Origin: a bacterium
GTDB taxonomy: Bacteria; Verrucomicrobiota; Verrucomicrobiia; Opitutales; Opitutaceae
Reading direction: 5' to 3'
Length of the DNA: 64,000 nucleotides
NCBI GenBank assembly: GCA_010027235.1
Contig: RGVP01000001.1
Location: 573 to 64,572, forward strand
A program made the position numbers and the translations under genes. The notes below the pieces were generated by a model. It ran no database searches and had not been told where the DNA came from. It saw only the letters and a list, made by a program, of their open reading frames with translations. Below, in pieces: positions 9,707 through 18,510 of the stretch (the first letter of the stretch is position 1; every line of letters begins with the position of its first letter).

Positions 9707-10537
9707 TCAGGCGGACTTGCCGCGCAGCAACGATACGAAGAATAGCACAAGGAACAGAATAAACAAAACCTTGGCAATTGAGGCAGCGGTGCCAGCGATG
9801 ACACCAAAACCGAGGATTCCTGCGAGCAAAGCGATGACTGGCGGATCCTTGCCAATAATCGTAAGTAAGACGGCGCTCTCAATTACCCCAGTGGCGATGG
9901 CGTGCCGGGTGAGGCCGGCGGTGTCGTGAATGCCTAGCTTATCCATCAAATGCTGACGGTGTTTTTCCACAGTCTTGATACTGATACGCAGTGTGGCGGC
10001 GACCTGCTTGTTCGCGGAGCCCTCCGCAACGAGTTGGAGCACCTCGTATTCACGCGAGGTGAGTCGCTGGGGGTCGCTCTTTGTGGGACCTTTGTGATTA
10101 CGCGCCAAGGAGGCGATACTGGCGAGTCGCCGAGAAATGGACGGGCTGTAAAAAGTATGGCCCTTGGCGACCGTGCGGATGGCCTTGGTCAGGACTTCAG
10201 CGGAGCTTTGTTTTTCCAGGAAGCCAACTACACCTGCGGTAAGCATGCGTTGTATGTATTCGTCGTCGTCATGGGCGGAAAGAACGACCACCCGGGCAGC
10301 TGGATTGGTTGCAAGGATCTGACGTGTAGCCTCGAGGCCGTTAAGGACTGGCATGGCGATATCCATGACGATCACATCGGGACGCAGGGCTAGGGCGAGG
10401 GAAACGGCTTCGCGGCCATCGCGGGCCTCGGCTACAATTCGGAAGCCTCCGTCGGCCAGCAGTAGGGCGCATAGACCCTGGCGCACGATCGCGTGGTCGT
10501 CCGCGAAAAGAACGGTAATGGGCTGGGTCGTTTTCAT
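9707..10537 (-). CDS. NarL/FixJ (LuxR-type) response regulator fused to a C-terminal DUF1328/YtjA-like membrane tail
   Basis: Receiver domain ([24 protein letters not shown]) and LuxR HTH ([44 protein letters not shown]). The frame then continues without a stop into [43 protein letters not shown]. Confidence 0.85.
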   Translation of the reverse strand: MKTTQPITVLFADDHAIVRQGLCALLLADGGFRIVAEARDGREAVSLALALRPDVIVMDIAMPVLNGLEATRQILATNPAARVVVLSAHDDDEYIQRMLTAGVVGFLEKQSSAEVLTKAIRTVAKGHTFYSPSISRRLASIASLARNHKGPTKSDPQRLTSREYEVLQLVAEGSANKQVAATLRISIKTVEKHRQHLMDKLGIHDTAGLTRHAIATGVIESAVLLTIIGKDPPVIALLAGILGFGVIAGTAASIAKVLFILFLVLFFVSLLRGKSA

Positions 10538-11798
10538 GAAGATTTTTTCTGGGCTGCCGGCGTGATGTCCTTGGCGGAAGCAAGGGGGATTTCGGCGCGC
10601 ACCACCGTGCCGATACCTGGGGTAGATTCGATTTTCAGGCTGCCGCCGATCATCTCGACGCGCTCTTTCATCCCGATAAGGCCGAGTCGCTTGGGATTAC
10701 GTGCGCGAAAGGTTCTTTCGACCGCAAAGGCCCAGCCATTATCGGCGATCTCCATGCGAATCGCCCCGGGTATGGCGCTGATAGCCAGTCGCACTTGAGT
10801 GGCGTGGGCATGACGGACGACGTTGGTCAGGGCTTCCTGAGCGACCCGGAAAAGCACGGTGCGCTGGGCGTTGCCAAGGGCTTCGACACCAGCGAAGGCT
10901 GTCAGGTGAATTTTGATTTTACGCCTTTCCGCCACGCTCCGGCTGTAGGAATGAAGGGCGGGAATGAGTCCGAGGTCGTCCAGCACCGCCGGACGCAGTT
11001 CCCGGGCAAAGCGATGAACAGCGTTTACCGAATTTTCCACCAGTTGGTTGGTGTGCGTTATTTTCGCCCGGAGAGCATGCAAGCCGACAGAGGCGGTTTT
11101 ACTCAAGGCGGAGAGCTCCACATTAATGCCTATGAGAGTCTGAACGACTTCGTCGTGCAGTTCACGGCTGATTTCCTTCCGCTCCTCCTCTTGGGCGGAG
11201 ATAATCTGCCGTGTCAGCAAGCGGAGCTTTTTTGCATGAGATGAGATTCTTTAAGCAGGCCTCGGTATTCTTCTCGGCCAGCATGTAAGCGGGTCTCGGA
11301 CAGGCGCCGTCGCACGATCTCGCGCTGCAAAAGTTTGTTGGCACGAGCCAGTCTCGCGTTGTTTAAGTAGAGGGTCCTGCTGCGAATCTGTAGCCGTCTA
11401 CCTTTTGTCACCGAGGCCCGACGCGCGGCTTCAAAAGGCACCATTGCCTGGGTGAAAAACCAGCTGGCCCGTCGGAGCATCCGGGAACGGGAGCCGTCAG
11501 GCTCAAAAACCGAGGCGAGCGCTAAAATAGCGCGCTCATGCATATTTACTAAGCCTAGGCTATCCAGTCCTGCACCGAGTGCGGCGCGGGCAAAGGTTTG
11601 CACCTGCCCAGTAGAACCGCGCCGGCGGGCGCTCAAGCAACCGCTAAGGGCATCCGTATAACGGCTATTCCAGAGGAGGTAGTTGGCAGCAGAGACGACA
11701 CTGCAGCGAGGAGTGCTCATAAACTTTGGAATGGCGGGTGGAAAGAACGACGGTTCTCGTGATTTTAAAGGAGTCGAACGGGGTTCAACGAAGGTCAC
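10534..11798 (-). pseudogene. HisKA_3-type sensor histidine kinase with its frame broken at an A6 tract (ORFs 11214-11798 and 10534-11220)
   Basis: The downstream ORF has the H-box ISRELHDEVVQTL and HATPase blocks ([32 protein letters not shown]). The upstream ORF ends ...YRGLLKESHLMQKSSAC*. One extra A in the run at 11228-11233 would read ...MQKKLRLLTRQIISAQEEERKEISRELHD, a continuous protein of about 421 aa. Confidence 0.75.
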
Positions 11799-12050
11799 GC
11801 TGTAGTCATGGAGACCACTAACAACGGGCCTTATTTAATTATCCAAGGCTGGGCGTGAACGCGTAACTTAACTCCGGCTGATCCGATGCCGTCTCTGCTA
11901 TCAGGGGTTGCACTGCCCGCCGCGGTTCCCAGGCAATATTTTCCCCTGGGGTGTTTGGGCTCCATTAGTCGAATGGAATTGGCGGTAATCTGGATTTATT
12001 AAAATCTTTAATCGCTATAAATCAATAGATAACATAAGTATACCCAAGCT

Positions 12051-12067
12051 TGGCAACTACACTGCTT
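12051..12067 (+). promoter_or_regulatory. Sigma-54-type -24/-12 promoter motif TGGCAActacacTGCTT upstream of flhB
   Basis: The GG and GC dinucleotides are separated by 10 nt, as in the TGGCAC-N5-TTGCW consensus. The GC ends 15 nt before the flhB ATG. Confidence 0.45.
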
Positions 12068-12080
12068 AGAGGTCTGAGCC

Positions 12081-13205
12081 ATGTCAGACGACAACGATAA
12101 AGACCAAAAAACCGAAGATCCGACCGAGAGGCGTCGGAGTGAGGCGCATGGTCGTGGCGAGTTTGCGCGTTCAGCCGAACTAGGGGTGGTCTTTTCACTG
12201 GCGGGGGCACTGTGTGCATTGAGTGTTGGTGCGGCGAGTGGTGGCCGTGAAATCGCTCAGTTTACGGCTGGTTTGTTTGCTCAGTTGCACACTATCCGGT
12301 TTGAGGGCGGATTTCTGCCGTTGCCGGTTTACTCAGCCGCCAAGATTTTTGGAATTGTAGTGCTGCCGATGTTGGCGGCCAGTGTGATTGCCGCCTTACT
12401 TTCGGGGGGCCTGCAAAGCGGGTTTCAACTCACGCCTGACACCTTGGGTTTTAACTTGGATAAACTGAATCCGCTACCCGGGTTTACCCGACTTTTTTCA
12501 AAGGCAACGGCCGTCCATGGGTTAGTCGATTTCCTCAAAATGTTAGCCATTGGATTTTGCCTATGGCTTGCGATGCGCAACCTGCTGGAAGATCCACTTT
12601 TCAGCACGCCAGTGGAAGTATCCTACTTGGGTGAATTCATCCGGAGGGGCACTCTTGCGCTGCTCTCCCGGATTATCTTGGTCCTCGGGTGTGTTGCAGG
12701 GCTGAGTTATGCTTACGAAAAGCACCGCACGAACGAGAACCTCATGATGACCAAGGAGGAGGTCAAAGAGGAACACAAGCAGGCGGAGGGTAACGTAAAG
12801 GTGAAGATGGCTATCCGTCGTCTGGCTCGCCGATTGATTCAGCGCCAGATGCTCAAGGCGGTGGCTACCGCAGATGTGGTGATTACCAATCCTACGCACT
12901 ATGCAGTCGCCCTGAAATATGAGCGTGGCGTTGATTCTGCACCTGTGGTGCTGGCCAAAGGGGACAATGCCCTTGCTCGTCGTATCAAGGCGCTCGCCGC
13001 TGAGCACGAAGTCCCGATGGTCGAGAATAGGCCTGTGGCCCGCATGCTTTTTGCTACGGCAACCGTCGGTGAACCGATTCCCGCTGAATTATTTCAGGCT
13101 GTGGCCGGTATTCTGGCCTTTGTGTATCGAACGCATCGTTACTATTTCCACCGCCTATCGGCTCGCCGCGCTGGGTTCGTTAATGGAGAGGCTCTCGGTC
13201 AATGA
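12081..13205 (+). CDS. flhB: Flagellar export apparatus protein FlhB
   Basis: N-terminus MSDDNDKDQKTEDPTERRRSEAHGRGEFARSAEL, four TM segments, and the autocleavage motif VVITNPTHYAVALKY. Confidence 0.95.
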   Translation: MSDDNDKDQKTEDPTERRRSEAHGRGEFARSAELGVVFSLAGALCALSVGAASGGREIAQFTAGLFAQLHTIRFEGGFLPLPVYSAAKIFGIVVLPMLAASVIAALLSGGLQSGFQLTPDTLGFNLDKLNPLPGFTRLFSKATAVHGLVDFLKMLAIGFCLWLAMRNLLEDPLFSTPVEVSYLGEFIRRGTLALLSRIILVLGCVAGLSYAYEKHRTNENLMMTKEEVKEEHKQAEGNVKVKMAIRRLARRLIQRQMLKAVATADVVITNPTHYAVALKYERGVDSAPVVLAKGDNALARRIKALAAEHEVPMVENRPVARMLFATATVGEPIPAELFQAVAGILAFVYRTHRYYFHRLSARRAGFVNGEALGQ

Positions 13206-15391
13206 GCACCGCGGCCACCACTACCACAGGCGCTACTGTGCTTTCGCCGCTTTTCCAGCGGCGTGCCGACCTCATTTTCACGGCGGCGTTATTCGCCACG
13301 GTCATGCTGTTGATCATGCCGATTCCGACCCTGCTGTTGGATCTATTATTGGCGATGAGTCTTGGGTTCTCGCTGCTAGTTCTGATGGTGGTTATTTACG
13401 TAAAGGATCCGCCTGAATTCTCTGGATTCCCGACTATACTGCTCGCTTTTACGCTTTTTCGTCTGGCGCTGAATATCTGCACGACTCGTCTAATTCTAAC
13501 CAAAGGTGAGGCTGGTGGTGTGATCGAATCCTTTGGTCACTTTGTTATTCAGGGGAATTACGTGGTGGGCTTCGTGGTGTTTATCATCTTGGTTTTGATC
13601 AACTTCGTGGTTATTACTAAAGGTGCGGGACGTATCGCGGAAGTGACGGCAAGATTCACTCTGGATGCCTTGCCCGGAAAGCAGATGGCGATCGATGCCG
13701 AGCTGAATGCCGGCGTAATTGATGAAACCACGGCGACCGCCCGCCGTTTGAAGGTTCAAAAAGAGGCCGATTTTTATGGTTCGATGGATGGAGCTTCGAA
13801 ATTCGTGCGCGGTGAGGCCATCGCGGGCATCCTGATCACCCTAGTCAACATCTTGGGCGGTTTTGCTATCGGCGTGCTGCAGATGGATTTGTCGCTTAAC
13901 GAGGCGCTCGCTAAATTCACACTTCTTTCCATCGGCGACGGTTTAGTGGCGCAGATTCCAGCACTCATTGTATCGGTCGCGGCGGGTTTGCTGGTCACGA
14001 GGGCATCGGAGAATGCTAATCTTGGTGCGCAGATCGGAGGACAACTCGCGAGCTACCCGCGCGCTTTGCGTGTCGTGGGCGTCATGCTCGGTTGTTTCGG
14101 TCTTCTACCGGGCATGCCGCTCTTGCCTTTTGCCCTGCTGGGTGGCCTAGCCTACTACGTAGGTCGGCAACTGGCGCAGGGGCGCCCGGATGACTTTGCC
14201 GAAGCCCCGTCTTCCGCGCTGGCAGTAGGAGGCAAAGGGGGAGGCACGAGCAAAGCAGGCGAAACCGCTAACAACACCACTACCGCTGGATCGGGTTCCG
14301 GAATTCCTGAGGATTTCCGTAAGGTTATTGACCAGGATGTTTTCGCAATCGAGGTCGGCTACGGTCTGCTCTCTCTTGCCGATGCCTCTCGGGGCGGCGA
14401 TCTCCTTGTGCGTATCACTGGAGTTCGCAAGACCTTGGCACGGGAACGCGGAATTATCGTTCCGCCCATTTCGGTCCGCGACAATCTAGAGTTGGAAACC
14501 AACGACTACCGGTTTCTTTTACGCGGTAAAGTAGTTGGTCGTGGCGTCGTGCATGCCGGGCGATGGATGGCGATGAATATTTCAGGCAGTCGTGTCGCTT
14601 TGCGTGGCACTCCTTGCCGCGAGCCAGTCTTCGGCCTAGATGCGGTATGGATAGAGGAGTCTGAGCGCAAGGTGGCCGAGCTCAATGGCTATACCGTGGT
14701 GGATGCCGCTTCTGTGGTGATTACCCATCTGTCCGAGATCCTAAAAACCAACGCGCACCTGCTACTAGGACGCCAAGACGTGCAGACGTTAATCGATCAT
14801 GTGAAGACCTCGCATCCTGCGTTGGTCACGGAGCTTCTTCCTGATCTGGTAAATCTTGGAGTCATTCAGCGAGTCCTGCAGAATTTGCTTCGCGAAGGTG
14901 TTCCCGTGCTTGGCTTACCGGTTATTTTAGAATGCATAGCGGATTTCGCTTCCGGCACAAAGAACCCCGATGATCTCAGCGAACTAGTCCGCAGGCGCTT
15001 AGGTCTGTATTTCGTAGGCGAATTTGAGAGCCGTCCGGGCGTAGTCCGGGCGCTTACCCTAGATCCGCGACTAGAACAGGCGCTAGCCGGTCGCGTGCAC
15101 CGCGCACCGGGCGAAGTTGGCCTGGCGCTCGACCCCACGCTTGGCCGGCATTTACTGGAGCATCTTTCTAAGGGGGTGGCGTCACTTACTGAAAGTGGCG
15201 GTTCGGCTGTAGTGGTTGTCGGGGCCGAAATCCGCCTTGCGCTACGCCGGTTTCTAGAGCCCTCATTTCCGCGAGTTACGATTCTTTCGTATCAAGAACT
15301 GCCGTCCTCCACGGAGGTCGAAAACGCGGGCATCATCCCTATCCCGCCTGCCCTGGCTAATTCCGGTGCGCCGTTGCGCGTCGCCGCTTGA
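13202..15391 (+). CDS. flhA: Flagellar export apparatus protein FlhA
   Basis: 729 aa. Contains the FHIPEP blocks GEAGGVIESFGHFVIQGNYVVGFVVFIILVLINFVVITKGAGRIAEVTARFTLDALPGKQMAIDAELNAG and a large cytoplasmic C-domain. Its start overlaps the flhB stop (ATGA). Confidence 0.97.
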   Translation: MSTAATTTTGATVLSPLFQRRADLIFTAALFATVMLLIMPIPTLLLDLLLAMSLGFSLLVLMVVIYVKDPPEFSGFPTILLAFTLFRLALNICTTRLILTKGEAGGVIESFGHFVIQGNYVVGFVVFIILVLINFVVITKGAGRIAEVTARFTLDALPGKQMAIDAELNAGVIDETTATARRLKVQKEADFYGSMDGASKFVRGEAIAGILITLVNILGGFAIGVLQMDLSLNEALAKFTLLSIGDGLVAQIPALIVSVAAGLLVTRASENANLGAQIGGQLASYPRALRVVGVMLGCFGLLPGMPLLPFALLGGLAYYVGRQLAQGRPDDFAEAPSSALAVGGKGGGTSKAGETANNTTTAGSGSGIPEDFRKVIDQDVFAIEVGYGLLSLADASRGGDLLVRITGVRKTLARERGIIVPPISVRDNLELETNDYRFLLRGKVVGRGVVHAGRWMAMNISGSRVALRGTPCREPVFGLDAVWIEESERKVAELNGYTVVDAASVVITHLSEILKTNAHLLLGRQDVQTLIDHVKTSHPALVTELLPDLVNLGVIQRVLQNLLREGVPVLGLPVILECIADFASGTKNPDDLSELVRRRLGLYFVGEFESRPGVVRALTLDPRLEQALAGRVHRAPGEVGLALDPTLGRHLLEHLSKGVASLTESGGSAVVVVGAEIRLALRRFLEPSFPRVTILSYQELPSSTEVENAGIIPIPPALANSGAPLRVAA

Positions 15392-16419
15392 AACGTATCA
15401 AAGCCATGGTCCGGACAAAACCCGATTCCACTTCGCCTGAAGGTGCTGCCGGCACCTACCGTTTCTCGGTCGGCTCTGCGGCCGAAGCCGTTGAAGTCAT
15501 TCGCGCCCGCTTAGGCCCCGCCGCACGCGTGGTTTCCGTTCGTAATGAAGCGCGCAACGGGTTGGGGCGTCTTTTTGGCTCCGCCCGATTCGAAGTGGTT
15601 GCAGAGGTGCCGGCCGAGCCTGCACCGGTTCCCACCGCCTCGCCTGCGGACGAGTCATTGGGGCATGTGGAGCCGCGCTTGCCTGCCGTGTTGCGCCGGG
15701 CTGGATTCCCGGAGCGACTCATGGGACGACTGGAGGCCTCGCCAGGTTGGCGCAACGCCGCCCAACGACCTCTCCATGAAGCCTTGGCTGATCTCTCCCG
15801 CGATCTACGAACCGCTGCTCGGCCGCCGAGCTTATTACCTCCACGCGTGGCATTTCTTGGCGCTGCGGGGGTAGGGCGGACCTCTGCATTATGCAAGTGG
15901 CTGGCGCGTGAGGTATTCGAACAATCCCGAACAGGCACGGTTTGGAAGGTGGAGTTTGATCGGCCGAACCCGGCACCTTCTCTTGAGGTTTTTTGCGAAG
16001 CGCTGGGCGTGCCGCTCGAACACTACGCAGCCGGTGCGACAGCTGAGCCGAGTGGCGACTTTCTTTTTGCGGATTTACCCGGTTTGCCGGCGCCTGGCAG
16101 TCGGGCGGAGCGTGAGTGCTCGCGCTTTTTGGAGCGTGAACGCATTTCCGGCCGGGTTTTGGTGTTGAACGCGGCCTACGATGCCGACGCCTTGCGCGCT
16201 GCTTATGCCCGCGGGAGAGATTTTGGCGCTACCCATTTGGTCTGCACGCATCTCGATGAGGCACCGCGTTGCGGACGGCTATGGGAATTTTTAATCGAGG
16301 GTGAACTTGCCCCGCTGTTTCTTGGCACCGGTCCAGGCCTCACCGGCGAACTGGAGACAGATGTTCTAGGCGCGGTCCTTCGCCGCACCCTTCCGCTACA
16401 CGGAGATTCGCGATCATGA
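15388..16419 (+). CDS. flhF: Flagellar placement protein FlhF (SRP-type GTPase fold) with degenerate G motifs
   Basis: It sits after flhA, and its N-terminus (YRFSVGSAAEAVEVIRARLGPAARVVSVR) is typical of FlhF. The NG-like domain has FLGAAGVGRTSALCKWLA, FADLPGL and LVCTHLDEA in place of GxxGxGKT, DTAG and TKLD. The start is TTG 15388 or ATG 15406. Confidence 0.75.
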   Translation: MKRIKAMVRTKPDSTSPEGAAGTYRFSVGSAAEAVEVIRARLGPAARVVSVRNEARNGLGRLFGSARFEVVAEVPAEPAPVPTASPADESLGHVEPRLPAVLRRAGFPERLMGRLEASPGWRNAAQRPLHEALADLSRDLRTAARPPSLLPPRVAFLGAAGVGRTSALCKWLAREVFEQSRTGTVWKVEFDRPNPAPSLEVFCEALGVPLEHYAAGATAEPSGDFLFADLPGLPAPGSRAERECSRFLERERISGRVLVLNAAYDADALRAAYARGRDFGATHLVCTHLDEAPRCGRLWEFLIEGELAPLFLGTGPGLTGELETDVLGAVLRRTLPLHGDSRS

Positions 16420-16751
16420 AATACTTTGTGCTAGGTGCAGGCGCACTCGGATTTGCCGTGGTGGCCATAGCAGGCTATACGGCAGAACGCCTGCCTGACC
16501 TTGTGCTTCGCGATGCGGCCTTGGCCTGTTTAGTTACCGCATTTGTCGGGCGTTGGTTCTGGAGTGTGTTGGAGCGTGCTTTTGCGGATACCGTCGCCGT
16601 TCGTCGCGCTATAGCTGAGGCGGCGGAGGCCGCCGAAGAAGCCGAGGCTGCTAAGAAAAAACAGGCGGCCGCAACAGTGGCACCCGCTGCCTCCGCACAT
16701 ACGACTCTCGGCCAACGCAATTCCACTCCTGCGGCTCAAACTTCCCGCTAA
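16416..16751 (+). CDS. Small two-TM membrane protein with an Ala/Glu/Lys-rich tail, unknown function
   Basis: 111-aa ORF whose ATG overlaps the flhF stop (ATGA). It has two hydrophobic helices (FVLGAGALGFAVVAIAGY and AALACLVTAFVGRWFWSVL) and occupies the slot where flhG usually lies. Confidence 0.5.
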   Translation: MKYFVLGAGALGFAVVAIAGYTAERLPDLVLRDAALACLVTAFVGRWFWSVLERAFADTVAVRRAIAEAAEAAEEAEAAKKKQAAATVAPAASAHTTLGQRNSTPAAQTSR

Positions 16752-16772
16752 AATTCTTAACCTATATCCGCT

Positions 16773-17570
16773 ATGAACTCTGAAGCCTCCCCCGCTCCTG
16801 TCGTTGACGCTCGGCCCTCGCCAGCATCTTCCGCCTGGCGAGCCTACCAGTCCGCAGGCGGCACCGTTAATGACAACGAGTTAATAGAACGTTACTTGCC
16901 TCTTGTTCGTAATGTGGTCGACCGCATGAAGCTAACGCTTCCTGCGCATGTGGACGCCGATGATCTCTACAGCGTGGGCGTCACTGGCCTCATCGCTGCA
17001 GTAAAACGTTATAATCCAGAACAGCAGAACACCTTTGCGGCTTACGCGACAACACGCGTCAGGGGCGCGGTGCTGGACGAGCTACGGCGCTTGGACTGGT
17101 TTCCCCGTCGCGCGCGAGCTAAAGCGCGTAAGATCAAGGCTGCGATTAGCGATCTTGAGCAGTCGTTAGGCCGGCCTCCTTCTGACGAGCAGATCCGCGA
17201 TAAACTCGGGTTATCCCAGAAGGAATATGATCATTGGATGGTAGAGGTGCGGCCCATTAGTTTCATAGCGATCAATGACGCGGGCGAAAACGATGAATCC
17301 GGAACCAATCGTCATGAATTAATTGCCGATGAGCAGGCTATTCCGGTGCAAAATCGCATCGAGCAGGAGGAGCTTTCTCAGCTTATTGCTCAAAAAATCC
17401 AAGAACTGCCCGATATACAGAGACGTGTCCTCTCGATGTATTACCACGAAAACATGCGTTTGGCCGAGATCGCTGCGGTATTTAAACTTACCGAATCACG
17501 TATCTGCCAAATCCATTCGCGAGCCATCCTTGGACTGCGTGCGACCATCGATGCAGCCCGGGATCGTTAA
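16773..17570 (+). CDS. fliA: Flagellar sigma factor sigma-28 (FliA/WhiG family)
   Basis: Contains YLPLVRNVVDRM, DDLYSVGVTGLIAAVKRYNPEQQNTFAAYATTRVRGAVLDELRRLDW and the region 4 HTH MRLAEIAAVFKLTESRICQIHSRAILGLR. Confidence 0.9.
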   Translation: MNSEASPAPVVDARPSPASSAWRAYQSAGGTVNDNELIERYLPLVRNVVDRMKLTLPAHVDADDLYSVGVTGLIAAVKRYNPEQQNTFAAYATTRVRGAVLDELRRLDWFPRRARAKARKIKAAISDLEQSLGRPPSDEQIRDKLGLSQKEYDHWMVEVRPISFIAINDAGENDESGTNRHELIADEQAIPVQNRIEQEELSQLIAQKIQELPDIQRRVLSMYYHENMRLAEIAAVFKLTESRICQIHSRAILGLRATIDAARDR

Positions 17571-17594
17571 GCGAACCTTTCGTTACCCAATATC

Positions 17595-18458
17595 ATGTTA
17601 ATCCTTGTCGGCGCATTTATCGTGATAGCCGCCGCTCTGGGTGGCTTCATGCTGGCGGGAGGTAACCCACTGGTGCTGCTGCATGTCTCCGAGTTTGTCG
17701 TGATCCTAGGTATAGCCGGGGGAGTTTTGGTCATTGCCAGCCCGGCCCATACGATGATCGACCTGATTCATAAAATTAAATTAGCCATAACGGGCAAACC
17801 GGCAGGCAAATCCGATTACGTCGAGATTCTCAAATTTCTCTACGAAATCTTCATGGTAGGCCGGCGTAATGGCCTTATCGCCCTCGAAGAGCACGTGATG
17901 AATCCCGCCAAAAGCGCTATTTTTGCAAAGTATCCTGTTCTGAGTGCCCATCCTGATCGATTAAAATTTCTGCTCAACGGAATGAAGCCCGTCATCGAGG
18001 GTAAGATTAAGCCAGACCAGATTGAGATGCTGATGACGGCCGAGATGAACTCGAAAGCCGAGGAGAGCTCTCACCCGGTCCACCTCATGCAAATGGTGGG
18101 GGATTCGTTGCCGGCCATTGGCATCGTGGCTGCCGTGCTTGGCATCATCAATACGATGTCTGCCATATCGGAGGGGCCTGCTGCGGTAGGTGAAAAGGTC
18201 GCCGCTGCCCTTACTGGCACGCTCTTGGGCATTTTCGTGGCTTATGGCTTCGTCAATCCCATCGCTTACCGCATTAATACACTTAATCTAGGCGATACTC
18301 AGATACTGCGTTGCATCATGATCGCCGTATCCGGTTTCGCCAAGGGGCATTCTCCTTTAATTGCGGTTGAGATAGCCCGGCGCACGCTGGAAAGCACCGT
18401 GCAACCTGATGGAGACGAACTTGAAAACATCCTGAAGACTTTGCAGTCAGGCAAATAA
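17595..18458 (+). CDS. motA: Flagellar stator protein MotA
   Basis: 287 aa with four TM segments. It has a MotA/ExbB-type C-terminal channel region (GDSLPAIGIVAAVLGIINTM, ALTGTLLGIFVAYGFVNP). Confidence 0.9.
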   Translation: MLILVGAFIVIAAALGGFMLAGGNPLVLLHVSEFVVILGIAGGVLVIASPAHTMIDLIHKIKLAITGKPAGKSDYVEILKFLYEIFMVGRRNGLIALEEHVMNPAKSAIFAKYPVLSAHPDRLKFLLNGMKPVIEGKIKPDQIEMLMTAEMNSKAEESSHPVHLMQMVGDSLPAIGIVAAVLGIINTMSAISEGPAAVGEKVAAALTGTLLGIFVAYGFVNPIAYRINTLNLGDTQILRCIMIAVSGFAKGHSPLIAVEIARRTLESTVQPDGDELENILKTLQSGK

Positions 18459-18510
18459 ACTCAGTTTCCTCGCGCCGTGCACACTCCGTCAGCCCAATTT
18501 TATTCCCGTC

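Noticed and set aside
17546-17594. Sigma-28-like promoter (TAAG-N14-CCCAATAT) just upstream of motA
   Set aside because: It matches the -10 octamer GCCGATAT at only 6 of 8 positions, and the spacer is off by one. The element ends 1 nt before the motA ATG, so the transcript would start inside the gene. I treat it as a chance match.
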